Source of the DNA: Callorhinchus milii
Taxonomy: Eukaryota
Assembly: GCF_018977255.1 (NCBI RefSeq)
Contig: NW_024704743.1
Coordinates: forward strand, 45,076,001 to 45,140,000
Reading direction: 5' to 3'
Length of the DNA: 64,000 nt
Part shown: positions 50,101 to 62,420 of the stretch, piece after piece
How positions within the stretch are numbered: the first letter of the stretch is position 1
Layout: the number at the start of each line of letters is the position of its first letter
The notes under the pieces: model-generated
Told to the model about the DNA's origin: nothing
The model's database searches: none
The model's input: the letters and a program-made list of their open reading frames with translations, nothing else
Position numbers and translations under genes: made by a program

Positions 50101-52863
50101 TGCATTGAGTGACCACATTTATTTATGCCCACGTCTGGACAGTGAGACTGGCCTTCAGCCACCAGCACCTCTACTGCCCACTGAAAATGCTGTAGGGCTT
50201 TATCCGGCAGCATTCCTTTCAGGAAACAACGGGAGTTTACACCTAAATAAGAGATTGCATCTGCCAGAGAAATCCTTTGAGATGACTGTTTTAGACCCAC
50301 CCATAAGACCAACAAATACAAACCATTCCAAACATCGCCACAAGCAGTTTTGATGACCTGATAATTGGTAAGATAATACAGCTCCAGGCTTGGTTTCACA
50401 AAATGCCTCTTGAGGTTTTTTTTTAATCTGAATCATAAATTTACTCTATAGATAACGTTTATTTGGCATATTGTGGTGACATTTTTTCTCCTCGAGGTGA
50501 GGGATGCTGGCACTGAGGAATGGGAAATGGCAGCTTTAACAATCCTTGCATTTGATGTAGAACCTAATCACGTCATTGAGTGGTTTTAAAGCGCATCTTA
50601 AGTTTTTAACTGTAAAGTGTGGTCACTGTGTATTTCTAGATGAACGCGGCAGCCAGTTTGTGCACAGCAAAATCCTACAAACAGCCAGGAAGTGAATGGC
50701 CAATTGTATCTGGGGAATGTTGGCCAGTTCATCGGGACAAATATCTTTCTATTTTTGAATAGTGCCATGTGATCTTTAACATCTATTGACCAGGCAAACA
50801 GGACTTCGGATTAACATCTCATCAGAAGGACAGCACCTCCAGCAATGCACCTGATAAGATGCCTTCCTCGTGTGTGCCCAACTTTTGACACTTTTTCCCT
50901 CAGCTTGTCGCTAACTTAAAGTGCCACTGGTGGAGGAATTTAAAGTTAAAAAATGAAAGTAGAGCTACGCTGGTATTCCCTGAACTGGTGCTGAATTGAT
51001 TTGAGTGGTGGCAGGTTCAAGAGCACCACCGGCTGGTCTGAGGCTAGAGCAACAACCTGCATTTATAAAGCGCCGTTCACATAGAGTCAAGTGGCAAAGC
51101 ACCTTGTAAAGATGGTGCCGGACACAAAGCACAGAGGGTGGGAGAGGGAGGTGTCCATGGTGAACGGCTTTGGGCAAGACCATTTTAACAAAGTAATGGG
51201 GTGTTAACCCCACAGCAGTTATCAACTGGACCATCTTCAAAAGTGATTGATCCCACATCATGATAATCATCACATCACACAGCACATTGTGAGTTTGTGG
51301 ATACATCAGGCTGGGATTCAATTCATGGTAATGGACCTGATAGATTACCTCAGTTGTTGGTGCTAATGATATTTGTTTTTGAAGTAGGTAACATTTCTAT
51401 TGTGCAACTCTAATGAGAAATCTCATTAGCAGCTGAAGGCTGCTAATGGCATGTATCTCTTTGATGATAAAACAAGGTGAATTGCGCCCACGAGACATTT
51501 GGACTCGCTTCTTTTAAGTGCATTAGACCCATCCTCTTTTAGAAGGTACCAACTGATACTTTTCCCCCACCAAATTTACAATGAATCACTATAGCTCCAC
51601 CACCTGGAATCTCCCGATCCTCTTTTCCCATCAAATTGTTGCCAAATCTAGACTTGATGTCGCCAACAAGGTATTTTCCTTTAAATTAAAAGCTATGAAC
51701 TTTAAATCACTTTTAAAGCAATACGCCATAGCTGCGTAACTACAGTAGTACTACTGAGCCAGGCTGACACCAAATGTTTAAGCGTTTAAGTTTAAATGTT
51801 TAAGCTCGAGCTGAACTTACTTTAAGTCTTTTGGTCCAAACAGCTAATTCCCTTCAGATCATCTGAAAAAGTACAACTGCTGACTCCTTAATTTCAATAG
51901 TTGCTGCTCAGTAATTCACCAAGGTTAAAATCCACACAAAAATAACACAAAAAATATCCACACAGTAGCTCAGTTCAATAAGTGCCAATAATGTATTGAC
52001 TTAATTTGCTTCTGCGTGTTTGATTTATAAGTATTCCCATCCAATGAAAACTTTGCTATAGAAAATTCTGCTGTGTGGAATTTTGGCTACTGTGTATCTC
52101 GCTGTACTTTTCTGTTTCTTCTACAATTCCTCAATCCACTTGACTAAAGACAAATAGGCCGAACGCAATCAAAACTCCCTGCAGGTTAACATCGGGTCTT
52201 CACCGAGCAAACAAGCCATTAACTATCCACTTCATCAAACATATACAACTATAGGCTTTGCAGCTCCAATACAAATTAAAGAAGAACAACGGCAGCAGCT
52301 CACAGTAACAAGTAAACAGTGAAGCAATAGCAGAGGGTAGAGTGCTGCAGTGGCTCCTGCTTCACTGTGTGATGCCCAGAGATTACTATAAAATTAACTG
52401 AGCTAATGCAATCTAGTGACTCTCACCATTGAAATGAATTTGAATGAGTGGATTCTATTCCCACGTACTGTCCCTTTAGAATCCCTAGTTAGCCAGTGAT
52501 AGCACTCTTTAAATCTATGTTAGCGTGGTGCAATCTTTTGTTCTGCACCAACGCCTAACATCCTGAAAATGTGGCGCTCTGGCATTGGTAATGAGGCGAG
52601 ATTGAAGAGACGGCCTGTTCTGTGCAGAGGTTAAAATACATTTGCTGCGGAGCCCATTTTCTAAATGTTTTAAGCTGTAAAAATAGAACCAGGTTTCTGC
52701 TGAAACCCTTTGAGTTTTGAGTTGTAGAAAAGGACAGCGTCTCCCATTAACTCCTTACTAACACTAGATGTTTGACCAGCAGTCAGATATAGTTGAGCAG
52801 AGTTTCCGTTCATGCACATACCCATAGAGCTCTACCCCCTCTGACTTGAGAGCAGTGGACGGC

Positions 52864-52899
52864 ACTGTTTCTCGGTCTTTTTGGCTGTGATCAAGTTTA
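52864..52899 (+). pseudogene. U2 snRNA 5'-end fragment
   Basis: actgtttctcggtctttttggctgtgatcaagttta aligns to U2 nt 1-35 (ATCGCTTCTCGGCCTTTTGGCTAAGATCAAGTGTA) with 28 of 35 matches and one insertion. Confidence 0.6.
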
Positions 52900-54477
52900 C
52901 CTTGATGAGCATTGGCCATGAGGTTATTCCTTGGATTGCATTACACTGGCATTTAGTGCAGTGAAACACATTCAAGTTTATTTTGCTATAGAACACATTG
53001 GAGTCCATCCTAGAATTGCCTAAAAAAGCATAATCTTTTTATCAGGTCTCTATAATTTTTCATTATAAAAACATAGTAAAAAGATGGCTATTTACTAGTG
53101 CAAAAAAAGAGCCCATTCTCTCTTTTTTTAATCAGGGTTAGCGCTGGGTATGGATCCTGAGGTAGATTGAGATATTCTGAGGCAGAATAGCACAGTGCCT
53201 AATGCAGTGTCCTAAGAATGTGCCTTGGACACACATGAACGCAACAGAACATTTATTTGTATTCCCATACCAACTATATAAGTATTTCTCTAAGGTTGAC
53301 AAACCATCGCCAGTAAGAGCAGAATTATGGACTATTTTTAGACTATTGATGTATGTCTACTAGGAATTTAGTTTAGACTGCCTGAACTCATTTTACTTAG
53401 CTCTCTTATCCCATTTGGCTAGATTAGAGTTAAACACAGGCCCCAGTGGTGAAACCCACTGTGGCACCAAATCCGAATTGTGAAATTAGTTTTTAATCCT
53501 ACATGATGATCGACACATTATACAGTGACCCTATTGAGTAAATACAGGTATTGCATTGTGTTATTTACAGTTGGATTAGTTGAAGAGGTAAATAAAGAGA
53601 GACGGTTTGATGCACTAACTAGTTGTTTAAGTATGAATTGCTATGGAAAAAAATGCATTTTGGACAAGCAATGAATTAACTGTACTGTTTATCTAAATCT
53701 TTAAGGATCCAAATCATGGTACTGTGAAAAATTGATCACTGCCCAAATCATGATTTGTATACATCTGACTCACCTTTAGATTTTTTAGTCCATTGCCATT
53801 TTGAAATTGTTTGTAAATACTTTATTGGTTAAACGGATTAAAGACAATCCAAATGATTTGTTATGAGGGCCCAGGTAATGTGAATACACAATAGATATAC
53901 AAATCAGCCTGTTCCAACCAATTCACTGCAGATTGGAGGTATTACAGTATCACAAAGCCAGATCTAATTCCTTGAGATTTAATTTTAAAGGTCCAGGAAT
54001 GACCTGATGTTCGAAGATTGCTGATGCTAAATACCATTACTGTCGCAATCATATCATTGACGCACATACAGCACGCTATATTACATCCACTCCTTATAAG
54101 CTGTGGTACAACATTGCTATGCTGTTGTTATTAAAGTAAAGAGAGGGGAGAGGAGACTTATTTGTATGTAGCACACTATCAACAACACATAAGCAAGTAC
54201 CTGGCAGGGCAAATAACGCTGGCAGAGAGGCAGTTTCAAATTGTTTTTGTGCTAACTTTTTTGTTGTTGTACATATAATTCTATTTTTCTTGAGGAGTAA
54301 TGATTTGAAAACCCTTAATGCTGGGAACGCGTGGAGTTGAATTCTTTCTTCTGCATGGCATACCAAATCAAACCCAAGGATTATTATTATTATTAAAACC
54401 CTACCCCAACACGCCCTCAGTAAACAATATACTCACAGATCCCATTTAACTGAACAACTTGTTAAACAATGTCATTT

Positions 54478-54784
54478 GGAGTCCTGTAGCTCAGTGTTTA
54501 GAGCACTCGCCTTGCAAGCGAGACACCTGAGTTCAATTCCAGGCAGGGCGAAACCTTGGGCAAGTTTCCTTACTCCACACGCCTAATAATCCCTTCAAAA
54601 CAAAAAACAATAATAAATTGGTCATTTTCAATCCATTACTGTTTGTGGGACACTGCTGTGGGCAATTGGCTGCCATGTTTCGCCCACAAATATACGGTCA
54701 ATTCACTTTACAGCATATTCTGTGAAGCGCTTTGAGACCTCCAGAAGTGAAAAGCACTATATCAAATGCAAGAATTATTATTAT
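54478..54784 (+). mobile_element. tRNA-derived SINE, full length, short subfamily
   Basis: Colinear with the 38567 copy: A/B boxes and (ATT)n tail. Confidence 0.9.
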
Positions 54785-54816
54785 CATGCGAGTATTGCAG
54801 TTATTATTCTGCCTCG

Positions 54817-55183
54817 TAATAATAATAATATCCTTGCATTTGATATAGCGTCTTATCATGTCTTCGAGATATCTCAAAACGGTTCACAGAATATGCTGTA
54901 GAGTGAATTGACTGTATATTTTGTGGACAAAACGCAATAACCAATTGCGCACAGCAGTGTCCCATAAATAATTGTGGATTGAGTAACCAAATTATTATTT
55001 TATTGAATTTTTTTCGAAGGGATTATTACCCCTGGTAAAGTGATCCGCCTATCGACTAACAATCGGGCTCTTACTTACTGCTAGGTGAACATAGGGGTGT
55101 GGAGTAAGGAGACTTGCCCAACGTTTGCCCTGCCTGGGAATCGAACCCAGGACCTCTCGCTTGTGAGGTGAGTTCTCTAACCG
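54817..55183 (-). mobile_element. tRNA-derived SINE, near full length, long subfamily
   Basis: Colinear with the 57003 copy; lacks the extreme 5' end. Confidence 0.88.
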
Positions 55184-57002
55184 TTACGGTACGACCTGTA
55201 CAGAGAAACATGAGGGAAGGAGTTGATATTGAGAGAAAGGCCAGTGTATCTTCATGATAAGATATTATTTGATATCCAAATTTAGTGCAGACAAGTCAGT
55301 GAGTGACTGTTTGACTGTGGCTCTCCTTTGGCTCTCCTGTGGCTCTCAGGCTGAGAGACTAGGAATAAGTTGCTGCCTCCAGATCCAACATTTTGTCTTT
55401 GGGATTCCAAACTTGGGAAACTGGTGATTTGAATCTGTTCCTGGCTGCAAATATTCAAGATGAGGGCAATGCCCTGCAAATCATACTGGAGCAATACTGA
55501 CCATCACTACACTTTACATTGAATCATGTAAAGCACTTTGAAACAGTCTCCTGATGAGAAAGCCTCTATATCAAATGCCAGGATTATTATAATTGGAGTG
55601 TGTCTCGCTGACCCACAGGAGGCCAAAGACAATTTTAATTATCTTAAAGGTCCAGCCTTGGCAGTGCTTTCCCTGGTTTCTTTTGACAACATTAAAAGCT
55701 TTGTAAGCTTCCTGCTTGGTCCATTTGATTAATGAAGCTGCTTCCAAATTTCTTACAATCTTTGCTCTAAAATTCTTTTCTGGAACGTGTGTTGGAATCC
55801 TGCACCGAATAGTGGTCGCCTGCAACTTGCATGGCCTTGGGGAATTCTGGTATCTCTGTGTTCATGAATGGTTCAAATCAGCTGAACTGTTAAGTGCCAC
55901 ATTTATTGCTTGTTTAAGTCCTAAACTGTGATCATTGTAGTTGTACAATCCTTGGGTACATTAGCTTACTGCTGGTGGGAAGTACAGTGGTGGAACCTAC
56001 AACACTCTTGTCTGAATGGTGTGACCACTTCCCACCACATGAATGTTAAAGTAGCTTATATCTGCAAGAGGCAAAATCACCCCTGTTACTCTCAGAGCAT
56101 CATTTAAAAGCACTTTGAAACACTTCTTTCAAACCACAGGTCTCTTACTGGTGAACGCTTCTTTATTTAAACTCTCTTTTATAACCACAGTACTTGAGCC
56201 TGTGCAGCTTTTTACAATCACATGTTAAAAGTTATCAATTGTCAGCAGTTACACATATACTACTGTACTGTATGTCTTTGTAAAACAGATGAATCATGCT
56301 CTGTTAGCAAACCTTTTATACAATCAACAGAGGTACAAACATAAGACAACACTATATAAAGAGCTATTCTGTGGTGTAAAAAAANTATAGAATAAATACC
56401 GTATTTGCAAAAATAGGGCAGTTCAGGATTAATGCTTCATAAGTGCAGTCGTTACACTCTAACAGATGAACAATTAACAAATGAGCACTGGCCACAATAA
56501 GATCGTGGGAACTTATGGACAGAGAAACTATTCACTTACAAGAAATGACCTTCAGTATAAGATAAAATATCTTCAAAACAAAATGCATGGGGAAACATTT
56601 TGTCTTTTCAAAATACTATGTATTATACCTTCCATTGTAGTCAGGTGCAAACCCTGGACTGTTAAGCGTCTTGGGACGTCCTTCCGATGTGAAAGGCCCT
56701 CTATAAATTTGTATTGTGTTGTATTGTGCAGTCATTCATCCATTGAGTCTCAATTTCTCTTCTACTTAGGTATAACTTTTAATCTTTGGATGATTCAAAA
56801 AGAAAAGGGAGTTTCTCTTGGTGTCTTGGCCAACAATCCCCCAGATAACCTTTAACATGGGATTTATAAAATCTTTTGTGTTCTCCTGCAAAATATACAG
56901 AAGTTATATTCTACAGTAAATCCCAAATTGCTTTGAAACATTCTCCTGATGTGAAAAGTATTATATCAAATGCAAGGATTATTATGCCCCTTAATAATCT
57001 TT

Positions 57003-57363
57003 AATAATAATAATCTTTGCATTTGATATAGCGCCTTATCATATCTTCGAGACGTCTCAAAGTGCTTCATGGAATATAATGTAAAGTGAATTGACTGTAT
57101 ATTTTGTGGGCGAAACACGGCAGACAATTGTGCACAGCAGCATCCCACAGACAGTCATGGATTGACTGGCCAATTTTTTTAAGGAATTATTACCTCTAGA
57201 AAAGCGATCCGCCAATCGACTAACAGCCAGGTTCCTACTTACTGCTGGGTAAACAGAGCCATGTGGAGTAAGGAAACTTGTCCACCATTTCGCCCTGCCG
57301 GGAATAGAACCCAGGTCTCTCGCTTGCGAGGCGAGTGCTCTAACCACTGAGCTACAGGACTCC
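57003..57363 (-). mobile_element. tRNA-derived SINE, full length, long subfamily
   Basis: Same head and tail as the short form plus a ~65-bp central segment (ctgtttacccagcagtaagtaggaacc...gaggt in SINE sense). Confidence 0.9.
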
Positions 57364-58119
57364 AGGACTCCTTTCTGTTTGTGGAATGTTGTTAAAATGC
57401 CCAAACTATGATAATTTGCACTTTTTTTAAAACTCAAGTGCAGTTTAAACTCACACTCGAACATTGCTTCAGTCCATGTGAAATGGACTCTTTCAGCTGG
57501 GAAGTCATATTGGTCTATGTGTTATAGCGTTCTGTTCAGCCACTACCAATGCTCTGTGACTCCCTGATAGCAGCTTCACTTGTGGAAACAGATAAGTATA
57601 CAGGACAACCTAGTTAAGCTTGAAATAATTTTTACAATGTGTTTCTGCTGACAGAAAGACACACCCTAGTTTTCCAGATAATTATGGGAACAGTATAAAT
57701 CAAGAAAGAATGTGTGCTGGAGAATGGTGACCATGCTCTCATACAATTGCCAGAAGCTGTGATTAAAGCAAAAAATATCAATGTATTTAAGAGGAAACTT
57801 GCACATTCCATTCCAGAAACAGGGAAATTTCCCCTAATAGGTGGGATGCATGCAACTCCCAGTCTGGTTTGGATAATCGTGAGTGTGGGCATGGGTTTCC
57901 CAGGGTATTGGGCTCTCAGCTAACCAAAATAAAGAAATGTCTTTTAGCATTTCTAAATAGTCCTGATATTGGTTCATAATTAAGTTGATGCTTGTGTTTA
58001 ATGAGGATGATGTTGGCCATGTATTAACAGAACTGAATTGTATACTCAACTCTACTTCAATGAAAGCTTGACATTAGCAGAGGTTTGCAGTAGTGCAGGT
58101 TGATTTTTGAAAAATGGTT

Positions 58120-58337
58120 TCCATTGGCACGATGGACAGAGTATTCCAGTACTCTGCCCAAGTGACCGTTCATATGTGAACCTTGGCAGATTATTGAACT
58201 AACCTCACCCAACTGCCACACAGCCACACTCCAGTAGAGCCTGCTGAAGAGAGACCAGGAGCAGGAGAAAAGGATGATTTTAACCTCTATCTAGCCTCCC
58301 CAGGTGAGGAAGCTTTGCTTGAATCAGGATTCAAACC
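58120..58337 (-). mobile_element. Possible LF-SINE-like ancient SINE fragment
   Basis: Segments ccagtactctgcccaagtgacc and ccaggagcaggagaa...gattttaacctc resemble LF-SINE as recalled; highly diverged. Confidence 0.4.
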
Positions 58338-58576
58338 ATAGGAAGGAACATAGGAACAGGAGGAGGCCGTTCAGCCCTTTGAGCCTGTTCCACCATTTAA
58401 TTAGATCATGGCTGATCTGCAACTCAACTAATCCTTTCAATTCTAATTTCTCGCTTTCTCCCCATATCCCTTAATATCCTGAACTACCAAAAATCTATCA
58501 ACCTCACTCTTGAAGATGTGGATGGATCCAGCATCCACGGCATTTTGGGAGAGAAAATTCCAGATTTCTATCACCC
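58338..58576 (-). mobile_element. CR1 3' end fragment
   Basis: Tail ggaacataggaacaggaggaggcc, peptide WNFLSQNAVDAGSIHIFKSEVDRFL. Confidence 0.8.
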
Positions 58577-61500
58577 AACAAGTTCCTGGTGTGTAAGCTA
58601 CAGCTCTATCCACTATACCACTGGGACTGCCTCGCAGTATACAGTACTTCTTAAAAAGTTGCAATATGATGTATTAAAGTTAGATATCTGTGATTATTTA
58701 AGAAACATTTTTTCCCTCCAAAACAACAAAGGGCTTCCTTGACCCATCCTCACCCAAACTAGCTGAACTGTTTAAATAATATTTTGATTAGATTTTTTTT
58801 GGAACATTTTCAAGGACAGTTTCAGAATAACATGGAAGTTTCTGTTTCCTTCCACTACCCCACCCACCCATCCACCCCGGGTGGTCCCAGCTAACAGTAA
58901 TCCTCAGGGTGCCGGAAGGTCTAGGGAAATTGCATTCTCTCTGGCCTGGCCACTTATTCTACACTTTAAATAAAACCAAATTGTAAACACTTTAGTTCTG
59001 CTCATCATGTCATCTTCTGCCATCCTTCCTCCCAAGTGCTGTGGGTACAGATTGTTCACAGGAGTTGCTGCTGCTTTCACTTTGTGAAACGCTCCAAGAT
59101 GCCACCTCGTGTGAAGGGTGCTTTGTAAATGCAACTTGTTGTTGAAGGAAGTGATGTGAGTGACGGTGGATGTATGTGTCTGCACATAATGTGTAGGAAG
59201 TGATGACAGTAGTGACCTGACGATCCAGACTGCCATTTTGTGGTGTGGGTAGATGGCCAGTAGTAAGTGCCAGAAACCAGGTTTCCAAGCTTCTGGTGTA
59301 GCACAGGACCGGACAACCCAATAATCTGACTTTATTCACATTTCATTTTAACACAGGAATCTGGGTTTATGAAGCCAGATCGCTGTGTTATAACAGGATT
59401 GCTCTGTACGTAGAATCTAGAGTTCTGCAGCCTTTGCACATCATAATTAAATTCATAGCCCTTATGTGCACAATATTAGAAAGTTGGAGACAGTGATTCT
59501 GTTTGAGGTCCTGCAAATGCAATTTAATTCTAAAGACGATCAGAAAAGAAAGGAGTTTGTGGATTGTGGAGTCCTGCAAGTTTCCCCTCCCCGAGGCAGT
59601 GTTGTGCTGTGCCGTGCTCCATCTAGTGCTGTGACTGAGAGCTGCCAAAACATGCTCTGATGACAGAATGAGACCATTTATAATAATCCTTGCATTTGAT
59701 AGAGCACCTTATTACATCATTCAAACCCTCATAGTGCTTCACAGGATTTCACTGTAAGGTTTAGTGCCTGTGTATTTGTAGGTGAACACAACAGTTAATT
59801 TGTCTACATCAATGTCCCACAAACAGCCATGAATGATAATTTTATTTGGGGGCTTCTTGGACAGGACACCCGGAGACAAGGATCTGAATGTGTGACCCTC
59901 TGGGTGGGATCAGCCCATCTGCTAATGGAGCCTTGGAGCTGCCAGGACAATAGATTTTTACTGTTAATGCTCATGCGCTGATTTTTTCCTCTAAACATTG
60001 AACTAATGTTATTGGTGCTAGTGGCTACATACTTTCTTACCTAAGAATCAGATCTCCCAGTGTGAATGGCGCTATATAATTGCAAGTTATTGTTGTACCT
60101 CTGCTAGTGACTTTCATTAACTTTCTCAGTTTTTTTTATTTCATTGCATTTTAAAAAAATGAATTACTCTCCAAACAAAAAACATTCTCCTGCAATATTT
60201 AATATAGCAACTTGACCATGAAGCAACAACATTTAGTCCCACTGAGGGTGATACTGAAGTGTAATCGTAATTAAAGTATTACACAGTGTGGCATTTCAGG
60301 TCAATGAGCTGCTTAATGGGAGCCACACTAATCCGGGGATTTCATCCTGGTTTGATGAGGAAATATTCTCATCTAGGTTAATTCTCTCTGCTTTGCTGCT
60401 GTACACAGTGTCAATGTTTCCTTGAAAAAANCGCTAAGCCTTAGGAGTTTAGAGCGGATATAAGTGTAAGAAAGCCTCAGTGCATAATGTTTCAGGCTGT
60501 AGTTGGTCTATATAGGTAATGTCTACTTTCTAAGCCTGTTATGTACAGAAAAGTAAAGCTGGAAGGCCTCACAATTGCCCTTTAATTACATGTTCCTGAT
60601 GTTTAGGTAGTGCCTGGGGTATGTTGGGCGGGGAGGGGAGGGGGAGGAGGAGGGACTCTTTTTTGCCATCTGTTTTTAGGGTATTTAACTTTCTCAGGAG
60701 AGATTGATTTCAGTAATATGTGGTTGGTGCTGCCTTCCGCTCTGTGGCCCTGGGCTGCTGCCAATCAGAAAGGGACAAAGAGCAACAGCATGGGCACAGA
60801 AACCTCACATTATTTCAAGCAGGTTCCATTGCGGAGAAGAGTCACATACATTACCCACAGACAGCAGGAGGGAAAGCAATGATTGAAGAGATACTTTTCC
60901 TACCAGCCTCCTAACGTGAGCAAGTATCACCTTTGCTCAGAGCACGCCTGGTGCAGAGTAGGTACTCTTAAACTCCAGATTTCTGACAAATTCCCTTTAA
61001 TGGGCTGCCCTGCATCCCAGCTTCAACTGATATTCCTGGGAAGTGTGTTGATTTAAAAACAATTCTTTGCACTGCTCAAAGCTAGCTGAAGAGAATTCTG
61101 TACACATTTTGATCTAGATTCATTTCTTAATTTTTCTAACTGTTTAACAGAAAAAGGAAACTTTTTTTAAAAAAACAGAAACATAGCAACACTAAAGCCT
61201 TGTACAAAGCATTTTGCCAGGGATGGTTTTCCAGCAAACCTTACTTAAACATTGGTTTATTTTGAATACTGCTTATGCATATCATTTTCTTAGGCAGTTT
61301 CCGCGTTCAGAAGGTTCATAAAAATGAAAGATGTCTGTGTGCTGCAAGCTACAAAGCAATTCAGTATTCTTAATACTATTGTTCTTTAAAAGAAATAGCC
61401 CAAGGGTTCAATTCTGCTAGGGCCTCCCTGTTTTTTCTCCAATTTCCCTGCTCTCAGCCTGACTAGTCTTGACATATACTGTATTGGAGTGATGGTCAGC

Positions 61501-62126
61501 AAACCGACCTTGGTTCAGTAATGAGTTCTTTTCAATCGGAACACACCAAATCTGGTGAGAGGAGTTCAGCAGAGGCCAGCTACTTGTTCACAGGGACGGA
61601 AGGAGAATAAGTGCATGGGCCCCACCTTAGGCTTCCAAACCAGAGCCGGCAGCTTTGCGGCTGGAGCTCTTAAACAAAATGCAGACTTTAATCATGAAAC
61701 TTAACTACTTCACATTCCCACTTTTGCTCTTGAGGTGTATCATGCTTCCCAGTAGTAATTGCAATTCATCAAAAGACCTGGCCTTGTGAGCTCTATTGGC
61801 ACTGCCTGGGTCTGGCAATTCTCAATTCTAATTGAGGTAAGACGTGTAGCATTACAGTGGTGTGATGCGAAGCTGGGAAAGAAATAACATCATGTTTTTG
61901 TTCCTTTTCAGTTTACACAATAACTTTTTGTATATCTGTATTAAGAAGTAGTCCCAAACTTCTCATTCTATGTACTCAGTTTCAGTAAACATATATCTTT
62001 TTGAGGAGTTTTTTGTTAGATGTTTATGTTAAAACAAATATGAATCTATAATAATAATCAACAACAAAAACTTGCATTTATATAGCGCCCTTCACGCGGG
62101 GTAGTGTCCCGGAGCACTTGCATTAA

Positions 62127-62420
<294 letters not shown>

